Notes under the pieces: generated by a model | What the model was told of the DNA's origin: nothing | Seen by the model: the letters and a program-made list of their open reading frames with translations, nothing else | Databases searched by the model: none | Source of the DNA: Bdellovibrionales bacterium | Lineage (GTDB): Bacteria; Bdellovibrionota; UBA1018; CAIMNF01 | DNA: 64,000 nucleotides | Direction: 5' to 3' | Assembly: GCA_018266375.1 (NCBI GenBank) | Contig: JAFEAO010000006.1 | Coordinates: 222,930 to 286,929 of the forward strand | Shown: positions 1 through 10,234 of the stretch, piece by piece | How the letters are laid out: each line of letters opens with the position of its first letter | Position numbering within the stretch: the stretch's first letter is position 1 | Translations under genes and position numbers: made by a program

Positions 1-1395
1 TTTGTCACTCACCGTTGCACCGACTTCGGAATGGAGTCGCAAAAGTTTTTAGGTGACGGTGTGATCACTGGATTCGGCACGATTCACGGCCGTAAGGTTT
101 GTATTTTCTCTCAAGACTTTACGGTGTTCGGTGGCTCGTTGTCGTCGGCGCACGCTTCAAAGATTTGTAAGGTGATGGATCTCGCATTGAAAACCGGCGT
201 GCCGGTCATCGGTTTGAACGACTCAGGCGGCGCGCGCATTCAAGAAGGCGTCGAGTCTTTGGGTGGTTACGCCGAGATTTTCTGGCGTAATACTCAGGCT
301 TCGGGTGTGATCCCTCAAATTAGTTTGATTATGGGTCCGTGCGCAGGTGGTGCGGTTTACTCGCCGGCGATCACGGATTTCGTCGCGATGGTGCAAGACA
401 CCTCGTATATGTTTGTGACCGGCCCCGACGTCATTAAGACCGTCACGCACGAAGAAGTGACTAAAGAAGACCTGGGTGGCGCGGACACGCACGCCGAGAA
501 GAGCGGTGTCGCGAATTTGGTGTATCCTGATGAACGCGCGATGTTCGAAGGTGCTCGTCGCTTGATGGAGTTTTTACCTTCGAACAATTTGGATCCAGCG
601 CCTCGTAAACGCGTTACCGATCCGGTGGATCGTCCGTGCGCGCGTATCTCCGAGTTGTTGCCTGATGTTTCGACCAAACCTTACGACATTCGCGGCGTGA
701 TTGAAGACGTTGTCGACGACGGCGATTTCTTGGAAGTGCATGCGGCGTACTCGCCGAACATCGTGGTGGGCTTTGCCCGTCTCGGCGGTCAGACCGTCGG
801 CCTGGTGGGGAACCAACCCGCCCACTTGGCGGGCTGCTTGGATATCAACGCTTCGGTCAAAGGCGCGCGCTTTGTTCGCTACTGCGATGCTTTCAATATT
901 CCACTCGTGACCTTTGTCGACGTTCCAGGATTCTTGCCGGGTACCGCACAGGAGTACGGCGGAATTATCCGTCACGGAGCAAAGCTGCTTTATGCTTATG
1001 CCGAAGCAACGGTGCCGAAGCTTACGGTTATTACCCGCAAAGCATATGGGGGGGCATACGACGTCATGGCGTCGAAGCACATTCGTGCGGACGTGAACCT
1101 TGCGTACCCGAACGCCGAGATTGCGGTGATGGGGCCGGATGGCGCGATTAACATTTTGTATCGCAAGGAAATCGCGGAAGCTACGAGTTCTGGCAAGTTA
1201 GACGCCGCTCGCGCGAAGCTCGTTGCCGAGTACAAAGAGAAGTTTGCAAATCCATATAAGGCGGCCGAACTCGGATACATCGACGAGGTGATCGATCCGG
1301 TGCACACGCGTGCACGCTTAATTCAGGCTTTGTCATTACTTGAGGGCAAACGCGAAAAGGCGCCGTCCCGTAAACACGGAAATATTCCTTTATAG
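1..1395 (+). CDS. pccB: Propionyl-CoA carboxylase beta subunit (carboxyltransferase), 5' partial
   Basis: Frame 1 is open from base 1 ([12 protein letters not shown]...), so the N-terminus lies upstream of the window. The carboxyltransferase domain is conserved throughout ([21 protein letters not shown], acyl-CoA carboxylase beta signature). Confidence 0.9.
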   Translation, partial: FVTHRCTDFGMESQKFLGDGVITGFGTIHGRKVCIFSQDFTVFGGSLSSAHASKICKVMDLALKTGVPVIGLNDSGGARIQEGVESLGGYAEIFWRNTQASGVIPQISLIMGPCAGGAVYSPAITDFVAMVQDTSYMFVTGPDVIKTVTHEEVTKEDLGGADTHAEKSGVANLVYPDERAMFEGARRLMEFLPSNNLDPAPRKRVTDPVDRPCARISELLPDVSTKPYDIRGVIEDVVDDGDFLEVHAAYSPNIVVGFARLGGQTVGLVGNQPAHLAGCLDINASVKGARFVRYCDAFNIPLVTFVDVPGFLPGTAQEYGGIIRHGAKLLYAYAEATVPKLTVITRKAYGGAYDVMASKHIRADVNLAYPNAEIAVMGPDGAINILYRKEIAEATSSGKLDAARAKLVAEYKEKFANPYKAAELGYIDEVIDPVHTRARLIQALSLLEGKREKAPSRKHGNIPL

Positions 1396-1414
1396 CTGGG
1401 GGCTCGGACGCGCG

Positions 1415-2977
1415 ATGAAATTTGAATATAAAAAACGTCCCCCGGTGTTGATCGCAAACCGCGGTGAGATCGCGATTCGGGTAGCTCGTACGGCGAAGAT
1501 GTTGGGTTTCCCGACCGTCGCGGTGTACTCTGACGCCGATCGATTCTCCGAGCACGTCAAATTTTGCGATCAGGCCGTACACATCGGCGGGTCGGAACCG
1601 AAGTTATCGTATTTGCTGGGTGAGAAGATCATTGAAGCCGCTCGACGCACGGGCGCGAGGTACATTCATCCGGGCTACGGATTTTTATCAGAGCGCGCGC
1701 ACTTCGTAGAAGCGTGCGAGAAAGCGGGATTGGTGTTTGTGGGTCCGTCCGCGGACTCGATGCGCGTGATGGGCGATAAGATTGAAGCCCGCGCGACGGT
1801 GGATCGCTTAAAAATGCCGAGAGTGCCGGGAAGTCCGGGTGCGGTGAAGGATGCCAAAGAGGCGGCTGAGTTTGCCGAGCGAGTGAAGTATCCGGTGCTC
1901 TTAAAAGCAACCGCGGGCGGTGGCGGTAAAGGCATGCGTCGGGTCGACAGTGCGGCTGAAATTGCGGCGGCGTTTGAATCGGCGTCGCGCGAGGCCCTGA
2001 CTGCGTTCGGCGACGGCGCGATGTACGTCGAAAAATATATTTTGGAACCTCACCATGTGGAGATCCAGGTGTTTGGGGATGGTAAGGGCGGCGCTGTTCA
2101 CTTGGGTGAGCGCGAGTGCTCGATCCAGCGCCGTCACCAAAAAGTATGGGAAGAATCTCCGGCGCCGATCCTTGAGCAATATCCAGAGACTCGAGGCAAG
2201 ATGTTCGAGGCTGCGATCAAGGTCGCATCTGGAATCAAATACGCCGGCGCAGGCACCTTTGAGTTTATCGTCGACGGAGCGGGAGACTTTTATTTCTTGG
2301 AGATGAACACGCGCTTGCAAGTGGAGCATCCGGTAACGGAATGGGTGACGGGCGTGGACCTCGTCGCGTGGCAGTTGCTCCTCGCCGCTGGCGAGTTGAA
2401 ATTACCTTCTCAAGATTCGATCACGCGTACAGGCGCATCGGTTGAGGTGCGTATTTATGCCGAGGACCCGCAGACCTTCCTTCCGGCTCCCGGGAAGATG
2501 GGTCGTATCGTACAACCGAACGGACCGTTTTTACGCTGGGACTCGTCTTACGAGACCGCGACCACGAACGCCGGTGAAGTTTCGATGTTCTACGATCCGA
2601 TGATTGCAAAGCTCTCGGTGTGGGGGCAATCCCGCGATGAAGCGGTCGCTCGTATGCGGGTGGCGCTCGACGAACTCTCGATCGAAGCGCCGAAGTCGGC
2701 GAGCGGGGATGTCAAAGGCTCTCTGAAGACGAACGTGGTCTTTTTGCAGCGTTTAACTCGCACGCCAGATGTGCTGAAGGGCAATACGACAACCGATTTG
2801 ATTCCGCGGAACGAAGCTCTCGTTTTGGATCCCGCGGCGGATGCTTCGGAAGAGATGGCGATCGCGCTGTCATTGTTACGTTTGACCGAAGGTGCGGAGG
2901 ATGCGACCGCTCTTGAAGGTGGCGCGGTTCGAGGAAGTCTCTGGTCGCAGACCGCTCGCTTGGAGGGACGTAAATGA
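1415..2977 (+). CDS. Biotin carboxylase (alpha) subunit of the acyl/propionyl-CoA carboxylase, no fused BCCP domain
   Basis: ATP-grasp biotin carboxylase motifs (KFEYKKRPPVLIANRGEIAIRVART, GGGGKGMR, EMNTRLQVEHPVTE). I chose the ATG at 1415 (MKFEYKK) rather than the ORF-track start at 1340, which overlaps pccB. Confidence 0.85.
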   Translation: MKFEYKKRPPVLIANRGEIAIRVARTAKMLGFPTVAVYSDADRFSEHVKFCDQAVHIGGSEPKLSYLLGEKIIEAARRTGARYIHPGYGFLSERAHFVEACEKAGLVFVGPSADSMRVMGDKIEARATVDRLKMPRVPGSPGAVKDAKEAAEFAERVKYPVLLKATAGGGGKGMRRVDSAAEIAAAFESASREALTAFGDGAMYVEKYILEPHHVEIQVFGDGKGGAVHLGERECSIQRRHQKVWEESPAPILEQYPETRGKMFEAAIKVASGIKYAGAGTFEFIVDGAGDFYFLEMNTRLQVEHPVTEWVTGVDLVAWQLLLAAGELKLPSQDSITRTGASVEVRIYAEDPQTFLPAPGKMGRIVQPNGPFLRWDSSYETATTNAGEVSMFYDPMIAKLSVWGQSRDEAVARMRVALDELSIEAPKSASGDVKGSLKTNVVFLQRLTRTPDVLKGNTTTDLIPRNEALVLDPAADASEEMAIALSLLRLTEGAEDATALEGGAVRGSLWSQTARLEGRK

Positions 2978-3492
2978 CCGAAGGTAAAGTCGGCTCTCGG
3001 GCCATTCAGTGGAAAGTTGCTCCTAAAGGTAAATCGGGCGAAGCCGTGCTCGTCGATTCCAAGGGGCAGGAGCAAACGATTCGTTACCATCGTGACGAGC
3101 AAGGAATCTGGATCGAAACCGTCAGAGGATTTTTTGGATTCGACGCCCGCCGTTTTGTCAGCGACGATGCCCAGCCGTCTTACACTTTGGTGCGTCGTAA
3201 GCATGCGGACATTGCGGGTGGATTACAGTTCCTCCGCGCGGGCGAAGCGTCTGCCGGTGTCGCCGCGAAAGTTAAAAAGGGCGCGAAGATCAAATCGCAG
3301 ATGCCGGGAAAGATCGTGCGCATCAACGCCAAAGTCGGCGACTCCGTCAAAAAAGGCGATCGCTTGCTCGTGATGGAAGCCATGAAAATGGAAAACGAGA
3401 TCAAGTCTCCGCAAGACGGTTTGATTAAAGAGATCAAAGTCACCGAAGGTCAGGCTGTGGAAACCGGCGCGGAATTACTTAAGTTTGAGTAA
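2974..3492 (+). CDS. Biotin carboxyl carrier protein (biotinyl domain)
   Basis: C-terminal biotinyl-domain EAMKM motif (LLVMEAMKMENEIKSP). ATGA overlap with the upstream biotin carboxylase. GGAGGG Shine-Dalgarno. Confidence 0.8.
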   Translation: MTEGKVGSRAIQWKVAPKGKSGEAVLVDSKGQEQTIRYHRDEQGIWIETVRGFFGFDARRFVSDDAQPSYTLVRRKHADIAGGLQFLRAGEASAGVAAKVKKGAKIKSQMPGKIVRINAKVGDSVKKGDRLLVMEAMKMENEIKSPQDGLIKEIKVTEGQAVETGAELLKFE

Positions 3493-3583
3493 TTATTAAA
3501 TTTTTTTGATTCTATAATTTTAAACTATTTTAGTTTATTTATCGATTCGAATCATGTATTGTCTCGTCGAATTTGAGGTATTT

Positions 3584-3979
3584 ATGAAATTTGCAGTTAC
3601 CGCTTTAGTTCTATTTTCCGTAGTCGCGACTTCGAACGCTGCTCGAGCTGAGGAGGTTAATTGCGTCGTGAACTCATTCAGCAAAAAAACCAATGTATCG
3701 GGCGTCGCCGTCCTCAAGAATATAGCATGGGGCAAGGAATTCTTAAATTTGTATTCGCTTACCAACGGAGAAACGGGTTCTTTCACGATCCAAACCGAGA
3801 TGACGAGCCCCGACTCAGGCATTGAATTCATCACGATCCAAAACCAAAAGGCGGATACTTGCAAAGAAGAGGCGCTGTTTAAAAACAATCAGGAAGGCCA
3901 GGGTATCTATAGCGGAGTTCGCACCACTTGTTACCCGACCGAAGATCAAATCCTCAGCGTGAGCTGCTACTGGCTTTAA
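3584..3979 (+). CDS. Small secreted hypothetical protein with a signal peptide
   Basis: MKFAVTALVLFSVVATSNAARA signal peptide with a GAGGT Shine-Dalgarno. Preceded by a very AT-rich 90-bp intergenic region. No recognisable domain. Confidence 0.5.
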   Translation: MKFAVTALVLFSVVATSNAARAEEVNCVVNSFSKKTNVSGVAVLKNIAWGKEFLNLYSLTNGETGSFTIQTEMTSPDSGIEFITIQNQKADTCKEEALFKNNQEGQGIYSGVRTTCYPTEDQILSVSCYWL

Positions 3980-4062
3980 GATCCGCGGATTGTAGTGTGG
4001 CGCATAATTGAAACTGTTGTGCGTCAAACACAAGGACCGCGAGTTGTGCTAAGGTATGGCTC

Positions 4063-5658
4063 ATGTCCAAAACGAAGACCGAGTTCAAAACGAGATCGCA
4101 AATTCCCGTGAAGGAAACTTATACGGCTGAAGATTTGCCCTCGGATTTGAGAGTACGTCTCTCGGAACCGGGTGCTTATCCGTTCACACGGGGCGTTCAA
4201 AAAAACATGTACCGCGGTCGCCTCTGGACGATGCGCCAGTACGCGGGCTTTGGTACGGCAGAGGAATCAAACCAGCGCTATCACTATCTTCTATCGCAAG
4301 GCACGATGGGTCTATCGGTCGCATTCGACCTTCCGACTCAACTCGGGTATGACCCGGATAACGGTCGCTCGAAAGGCGAAGTCGGCAAGGTCGGCGTCTC
4401 GATTTCAACTCTCGATGAGATGCGCACGCTCTTCAAAGGGATTCCGCTCGCAAAAGTTTCGACCTCGATGACGATCAACGCGACGGCGCCGATTCTTTTG
4501 GCATTTTATGTCGCGCTTGCGGAGGAACAGGGCGCAGACATCAAGGAACTTCGCGGCACGGTTCAAAACGACGTGCTTAAGGAATACATCGCACGCGGGA
4601 ATTTTATTTATCCGCCGAAGGGTGCGCTTCGCATGATCACCAATATGTTCGATTGGTGCGCGAAGGCCACTCCGAAGTGGAATCCGATTTCGATTTCGGG
4701 TTATCACATTCGCGAAGCGGGTTCGTCAGCCGTGCAGGAACTTGCGTTCACATTCGCGAACGCGATCGCGTATGTGGAATCGGCGACGCGGGCGGGCCTG
4801 GATATCGACGCATTTGCCGGGCAGCTCTCGTTCTTTTTTAACGTTCATAACGATTTTTTCGAAGAAATCGCCAAATTTCGCGCGGCCCGCCGCATTTGGG
4901 CAAAGCTCGTGAAAGAACGTTTCAAAGCCAAAGATCCGCGCTCGATGATGCTTCGGTTTCATTCCCAAACTGCGGGTTCGACGCTTACGGCTCAGCAGCC
5001 CGAAAACAACGTCGTGCGTGTGACCTTACAAGCTCTTGCGAGCGTGATTGGCGGAACTCAGTCTTTGCATACCAACTCGTTGGATGAAGCGCTCGCGCTC
5101 CCGACCGAGAGCAGCGCGAAACTTGCGCTTCGTACTCAGCAAATCATCGCGGCCGAAACCATGGTCACTCAAACGGTCGACCCGATTGCCGGAAGTTACT
5201 TTGTCGAGAGCTTGACCACGGAGATCGAAAATAAGGTGTGGAAGTATCTCGAAGAGATCGATCGTCGCGGCGGAACCGTCCAGTGTATCGAAACAGGTTA
5301 CATTCAGACCGAAATTTTGAACGCTGCTTACCAGGATCAACGCAAGATGGACTCGGGCGAGCTCCAAGTCGTCGGCGTAAACTGCAATCAAGAAACCGGT
5401 AACGAAAAGAAACCGGAGATCCTTCGCGTTCCGCCCGAACTCGAGCAAAAAGCGGTGGAACGTATCCGCGCCTATCGCGCTAGGCGCTCGGACGGCAAAG
5501 CAAAAGAAGCATTGCGCCAATTAACTGATGGCGCGCAGGGCGATGCAAATCTCATGGGTTTGATTTACAACTCGGTTAAAAGCGAATGCACGCTCGGTGA
5601 GATTTCGGATTCGCTTCGCAAGGTTTTCGGCGAGTACCAAGAGTATTCAGGATTCTAG
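4063..5658 (+). CDS. Methylmalonyl-CoA mutase catalytic (N-terminal) subunit, no B12-binding domain
   Basis: Strong MCM catalytic-domain similarity ([52 protein letters not shown]). The protein ends after about 530 aa, without a DxHxxG cobalamin-binding module. Confidence 0.9.
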   Translation: MSKTKTEFKTRSQIPVKETYTAEDLPSDLRVRLSEPGAYPFTRGVQKNMYRGRLWTMRQYAGFGTAEESNQRYHYLLSQGTMGLSVAFDLPTQLGYDPDNGRSKGEVGKVGVSISTLDEMRTLFKGIPLAKVSTSMTINATAPILLAFYVALAEEQGADIKELRGTVQNDVLKEYIARGNFIYPPKGALRMITNMFDWCAKATPKWNPISISGYHIREAGSSAVQELAFTFANAIAYVESATRAGLDIDAFAGQLSFFFNVHNDFFEEIAKFRAARRIWAKLVKERFKAKDPRSMMLRFHSQTAGSTLTAQQPENNVVRVTLQALASVIGGTQSLHTNSLDEALALPTESSAKLALRTQQIIAAETMVTQTVDPIAGSYFVESLTTEIENKVWKYLEEIDRRGGTVQCIETGYIQTEILNAAYQDQRKMDSGELQVVGVNCNQETGNEKKPEILRVPPELEQKAVERIRAYRARRSDGKAKEALRQLTDGAQGDANLMGLIYNSVKSECTLGEISDSLRKVFGEYQEYSGF

Positions 5659-5687
5659 TTCAGGGTCATTGTGATACTTAAAGGGTA

Positions 5688-6815
5688 ATGAACAAATTTC
5701 GGGCTTACGCTTTTTTGATCCTCGCCAGTGTTGTAAGCAGTCCAACCTACGCGTACTACGCCACCCCGGCCGAGGATTGCTCGGACGTCGATTTGCGCAA
5801 AGATTTCCCGATGGCGATTCGCAATCAAGGGACCGTGAGTTGGTGTTACGCTCACTCGAGCGCCGACTATCTCCAATTTTATTTTAAAATTCCGACTCAG
5901 ATCTCGGCTGCCGACATCGCGATCCAGTACAACTTGCGCACCTGGCCTCGCTTGATTCGTTTCTTTTCGGGCCGGTTGTTTCCGGAAACCGGTTTTGCTC
6001 GTTCGGCGATGTACGATTCGCTTGCAAACGGCTATTGCCCGGAAGAATATTTTCCATCCGAGACTTGGTCAAAACGCTATCTCACCGGCGTTCGTGCGGG
6101 TCAACGTGAAAAGGTCCTTCTCAAGGACGCGCTTCACGATCTCGTCAACTTGAAAGGTCAAGTGCAGATGGGGTTGTACCTGACCCCGTCACAACTGCCT
6201 TACGTCTATGAGTTTAAAGGCATGACCGATGGGCAGTTCATGGATGTCGTGGCTAACTCAACGGATCGCACGCTGCCTAACAACTTGCGTGTGGCCGCAT
6301 GCCAGGATCACCGTATTCAGTATCCGAGCCGGATCAACGCGCTCGGAATGCGACTCAAGGGGCGGCACACGTTTGAACACATCAACGCCGTGCTTGATAC
6401 TCACACTCCGCTTGACGTCGATTTCTTTTACGGTTTTCTGGATAACATCGACAGCTATAAGCGCACTCTTGGCGAGTTACACAGCACCCAGCTCATGGGC
6501 CGCCGCTTTGACGTCAAGACCGAGGAATGCCAGTACCTGATTAAAAACTCTTACGGACCGGGCTGCGACGAATACGATCATCGCCATCAGTGCGAGGGTG
6601 GATATGTGTGGGTGAGCGAGAGCTCGCTTTACGGCGCGATCGTCTCTTACGTGTACGTCAGAGACGTGCTGACGGATGATTCGGGCCCGGATCTCCAGAA
6701 GCAGGAGCAGGAACCCGCTACCCCAGTTGAAATGACTGCACCATCTTTTGATGGTCGGGATGACCAATCAGCATCAGACGATCTTGCTGAGACAAAGTTG
6801 CCTGGGCTAATTTAA
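5688..6815 (+). CDS. Secreted papain-like (C1-type) cysteine peptidase
   Basis: Signal peptide (MNKFRAYAFLILASVVSSPTYA). Cys box QGTVSWCYAHS, His region LHSTQLMG, and an Asn/Trp box IKNSYGPGCDE...GGYVWV resembling papain IKNSWG...GY. Confidence 0.6.
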   Translation: MNKFRAYAFLILASVVSSPTYAYYATPAEDCSDVDLRKDFPMAIRNQGTVSWCYAHSSADYLQFYFKIPTQISAADIAIQYNLRTWPRLIRFFSGRLFPETGFARSAMYDSLANGYCPEEYFPSETWSKRYLTGVRAGQREKVLLKDALHDLVNLKGQVQMGLYLTPSQLPYVYEFKGMTDGQFMDVVANSTDRTLPNNLRVAACQDHRIQYPSRINALGMRLKGRHTFEHINAVLDTHTPLDVDFFYGFLDNIDSYKRTLGELHSTQLMGRRFDVKTEECQYLIKNSYGPGCDEYDHRHQCEGGYVWVSESSLYGAIVSYVYVRDVLTDDSGPDLQKQEQEPATPVEMTAPSFDGRDDQSASDDLAETKLPGLI

Positions 6816-7818
6816 CATCTTTGCGGATCGTTCGCGTGCGTTCGATCGACCTGCGCAGCTCGTTGACGTCGAGTCTGCCGTCGTCGATTCCTTTTCGGAT
6901 CGCATCGAGTGCGATCATCGATTGTTCTTCGGTGCGGTAGCACAGCAAATCGCAGCCGGCTTGAAGTGCGAGCACAGGCGCCTCCTCTTTACCGAAAGTG
7001 CTCGTGACCGCGCCCATTTCCATGTCGTCCGAGATGATCGCTCCTTGATACATGAGGTTGCCGCGCACGTAAGTTTTGAGGAACGTGCTGGAGAACGTGC
7101 CCGGGCGTTGCGGATCGATGTGCGGTAACATCACATGCGCGCTCATTAGATAGCGGGCTCCGGATCTCATCGCTTTATGAAACGGAACCCACTCGCGGGT
7201 TTTCAAGGTTTCAAGAGGGGTGTTGACCTCGGGGAGCGAGAGATGCGAATCGAGATGAGTGTCTCCGTGCCCAGGGAAGTGCTTGATACAGGGCTCGACT
7301 TTTTCAAGAAGGTGCCCACGCACGCTTGCGGTCGCCATTCGAGTGACCACGCCTTCTTGGCTTCCGTAAGCGCGATCGCCGATCACTGGATTTTTTGGGT
7401 TCGTGTTGATATCGCAAACCGGAGCGTAGTTGAGCTGGATACCGGCGGCGTGGAGTTCGCGTGCTTGAACCTTTGCGAGTTCGAACGCGAAATTTGGAGA
7501 CCCCTTATCGCCGACTTTGCCGGCAGGGGGTAAAATCGTAAAACCATCGCGAAAACGGGCGACGCGTCCGCCTTCTTGATCGGTTGAAACCACGAACGGC
7601 ATGCCTGAGGCAAACTGGCTCGAACGGGCGAGCGCTTGCACGTCGTCGGTGAGGGCGATGAGCTGCTCTTTTGATTCGTAGTTGTGCGCGAAGAGGATGA
7701 AGTGAGTGAAGCCCTCTTGAAGGATGTTTTTTACGGTGCCGGCTGAGAGCGTCTTTCCGGAAAATCCCGTGATGATCAGTTCGGCAGGAGAAAACTCAAG
7801 TGCGCTGGAGAGGTTCAT
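6718..7818 (-). CDS. nagZ: Beta-N-acetylhexosaminidase NagZ (glycoside hydrolase family 3)
   Basis: GH3 N-terminal domain motifs (STDQEGGRVARF, KHFPGHGDTHLDSH, IGDRAYG). About 366 aa, typical of cytoplasmic NagZ. Confidence 0.85.
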   Translation of the reverse strand: MNLSSALEFSPAELIITGFSGKTLSAGTVKNILQEGFTHFILFAHNYESKEQLIALTDDVQALARSSQFASGMPFVVSTDQEGGRVARFRDGFTILPPAGKVGDKGSPNFAFELAKVQARELHAAGIQLNYAPVCDINTNPKNPVIGDRAYGSQEGVVTRMATASVRGHLLEKVEPCIKHFPGHGDTHLDSHLSLPEVNTPLETLKTREWVPFHKAMRSGARYLMSAHVMLPHIDPQRPGTFSSTFLKTYVRGNLMYQGAIISDDMEMGAVTSTFGKEEAPVLALQAGCDLLCYRTEEQSMIALDAIRKGIDDGRLDVNELRRSIERTRTIRKDVKLAQATLSQQDRLMLIGHPDHQKMVQSFQLG

Positions 7819-7832
7819 GTGACCTGATTATT

Positions 7833-8597
7833 TTAGCTTCGCTCGGAGTCAGAGAGCAAGTGGAATGCGAGAAGCGTCAGGAAGAGCGGGGCACCAACAT
7901 ACGCGATGATCCATGGCGCTTCGAGTAAATGGTCTTTTCCTTGGTACAAGAGTCGGCCCCAGGTCTCACCTTGCGTGAAGGATTGGATCCCCAGAAACGA
8001 AAGCGAAGTCTCAATCAGGATTAAGCGGGTCATGAGGAACGGAAACACCGCTGCGACGGAACTGAGGAGTTCGGGAATGATGTAGTGAAGGTACAAATGT
8101 CCAGGATGCGCGCCCATGGCGACCGTACTTTGAAAGTAGCTACGGGATTGGAGTTCGGTGATTTGCCCCTCAAAAAACCGGAACAAATAAGGGACGAGGC
8201 TGATTCCGCACGCGATGATAAAGGCGGCGTCGCTATTTTGAAAAAACGATCCGATCGCGAGTGCGACGAGCAAGCCCGGGAGACTGGAGAGCGTGTCGAG
8301 CACCGAACGAAAGAAAAACATCAGCCACTGACCCGAGAGAAAACGAAGGAGTGACAGGAACAGAGTCAGACCGATCAAGACGAATGCCATCGGAACCAAG
8401 AATTGAAAGCTGTGATAAGCGGCGACGAGCGTGAGTTTTAAGCAGTCGCGTCCGAACGCATCGAAGCCGACTTGCAGAGCTTGTGGGAGTGAGTGAGACT
8501 CGATGGTCGAAGCCTGGTGAACACCGGTCGAGTAGGCAAGTCCCGCAAAAATCAGGAGCCAGAGGATCGCCCCAATCTTTGTCGCGTTCAATTTCAT
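7833..8597 (-). CDS. ABC transporter permease (OppC/DppC-like)
   Basis: Binding-protein-dependent transporter inner-membrane component, multiple TM helices. Start moved to MKLNATK at 8597, giving an ATGA overlap with the upstream permease. Confidence 0.75.
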   Translation of the reverse strand: MKLNATKIGAILWLLIFAGLAYSTGVHQASTIESHSLPQALQVGFDAFGRDCLKLTLVAAYHSFQFLVPMAFVLIGLTLFLSLLRFLSGQWLMFFFRSVLDTLSSLPGLLVALAIGSFFQNSDAAFIIACGISLVPYLFRFFEGQITELQSRSYFQSTVAMGAHPGHLYLHYIIPELLSSVAAVFPFLMTRLILIETSLSFLGIQSFTQGETWGRLLYQGKDHLLEAPWIIAYVGAPLFLTLLAFHLLSDSERS

Positions 8598-9475
8598 GAG
8601 AGTTTTTCCTCCCATGCATCCTGTGCCCAATATCCGAGCTGCAGGCAAAAAAGAGTTACGAGCGTGATTGTGAGAAGCGTGCTTTCGACAAGCGGGTAAT
8701 CGCGCGAGAGAACCGCGTCGGTGAGAAGCGAGCCGAGGCCGTTCCACTGAAAGATGATCTCGATGAGCACGCTGCCGTTCAAGAGTGTCCCGATCTGCGA
8801 TCCCAGGAACCCGAAATAACCTCCGAGGGACGGAATCAGCAAATACCTGAAAAACGCTTGATTTTCAGGTACTCCGCGTGCATGCGCACCCGAGATCGCG
8901 CTGATCGGCAGATAACGTTCCATCCGTCTCGAGAGTGCCCGGTACCAAAAGCCGGTGAGGTAGATGGCGAGCGTCAGCGCGGGTAAGACCGGGTGATGCG
9001 ATACCGGAAAGAGTCCGGCTTTGAGCGAGAACACGAACAAAAAAATCGGGCCGAGAATAAAAACCGGGAGCGAGGCGATGACTACTGAGATCGCATCTGC
9101 AGCGGCTCGCATCCGGGACGACCGGTAAGACCCAAGGAGCACTAGTGTGACCAGTACCAAGAAAAATGCGATCGTCAGTGATGTTAACGCGACGGAGTTG
9201 TAAAACGCATCCCGCACGAGAGGAAAAATCGGTTTGCCGGTGACCAGCGATTCGCTTCGAGGAAGCGAAAACACCCGATGCGTCCAAGTTTGATCGAGTT
9301 CCATCCGGTCGCGCAAAACGGCCGGGTCGATGTCGACCAACGTTTCATGCGCGAGATACTCGGCCGGGTCGCCCGGCAAAAAATAAAGCAAACTGCGCGC
9401 GATCACCCAGGTAAAGGCAAAAACCATGGCGATACGTACGGCGGTTTGAAGCAGCGAGAGGCGGGCTTTGTTCAC
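8594..9475 (-). CDS. ABC transporter permease (OppB/DppB-like)
   Basis: N-terminal LPGDP motif after TM1, six predicted TM segments. 4-bp overlap with the upstream secreted-protein gene. Confidence 0.75.
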   Translation of the reverse strand: MNKARLSLLQTAVRIAMVFAFTWVIARSLLYFLPGDPAEYLAHETLVDIDPAVLRDRMELDQTWTHRVFSLPRSESLVTGKPIFPLVRDAFYNSVALTSLTIAFFLVLVTLVLLGSYRSSRMRAAADAISVVIASLPVFILGPIFLFVFSLKAGLFPVSHHPVLPALTLAIYLTGFWYRALSRRMERYLPISAISGAHARGVPENQAFFRYLLIPSLGGYFGFLGSQIGTLLNGSVLIEIIFQWNGLGSLLTDAVLSRDYPLVESTLLTITLVTLFCLQLGYWAQDAWEEKLS

Positions 9476-10197
9476 AGTTTACTTAAAAAAGCTTCGGCGG
9501 TGGCTTTATCGACTTTCTCGACGTGCTTTTCTTGCGACGGGATGTCGATCCGGATTGCGGCACCTTGCTTGTCGATGTACCAGTAGTTCACAGTGTTACT
9601 GAACACAACGCGAATTTTCCGGGCCGAATACTTTTTTGAAATGTCGTCGGGGTTCATCTCGTAGGCGGTGCCCGCCACGACCGGAACCTGGTCGTCGACC
9701 TGGTCTTCGACGATGGCGTGGAACTCGATCGGCTGGACCCCGGTGATGCGTTTGTAGTTTTTATTGACCCAAACCGGAAAGAACGACGAGAGAATGAGCT
9801 TCGGGATCATCTCGGCGCGAAGCGGCTTCAAAGTCTCGGCGCCTTTTTTGATCTTGACCGAAAAAACTTTGCCGTTGCTGACGATCGACCCGTCGATGAT
9901 TTTTTCCATTCCGCGCTCATCTTGAGTGCGAAAGTTGTAAAGCAGGGGTTCAAGGAGTGTCGTATTTTTGGCGGTAGCGCCTAAATTTTCACTCCGGGTC
10001 TTGCTACCTTCGCGGATCCAGCTGTTGACCTGGATCTTCGCCTTGGTGCCGACGAGTTCCGCTTTCTCGTGGTAATAAGATTGGGGTTTTCCTTTTTCCG
10101 TCACGGTATACCAGTTGTCCCAAAGCGTTTCTGCTTGAGCTGATGCTGTCGAGGCCATCCCGAAAATCACGCTAAATCCTAGTAAAAATTTTGACAC
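9472..10197 (-). CDS. Secreted hypothetical protein (first gene of the permease/NagZ operon)
   Basis: Signal peptide MSKFLLGFSVIFGMASTASAQA. 241 aa, too short for a canonical family-5 substrate-binding protein. Confidence 0.5.
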   Translation of the reverse strand: MSKFLLGFSVIFGMASTASAQAETLWDNWYTVTEKGKPQSYYHEKAELVGTKAKIQVNSWIREGSKTRSENLGATAKNTTLLEPLLYNFRTQDERGMEKIIDGSIVSNGKVFSVKIKKGAETLKPLRAEMIPKLILSSFFPVWVNKNYKRITGVQPIEFHAIVEDQVDDQVPVVAGTAYEMNPDDISKKYSARKIRVVFSNTVNYWYIDKQGAAIRIDIPSQEKHVEKVDKATAEAFLSKL

Positions 10198-10234
10198 TTT
10201 CGCCCTCAGTCTGTCGTGTTCTTGTACACCTTGG

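Noticed and set aside
223-1307. Multiple minus-strand ORFs (223-492, 357-677, 574-1080, 996-1307) inside pccB
   Set aside because: These are antisense shadow ORFs within a strongly conserved coding region. They lack a start/Shine-Dalgarno context, and their compositions (Arg/Ser/Pro-rich) are typical of GC-biased out-of-frame translation.
3980-4062. Possible cobalamin riboswitch upstream of the methylmalonyl-CoA mutase gene
   Set aside because: The intergenic region is only about 80 nt, far shorter than a B12 riboswitch aptamer, and lacks the conserved B12-box.
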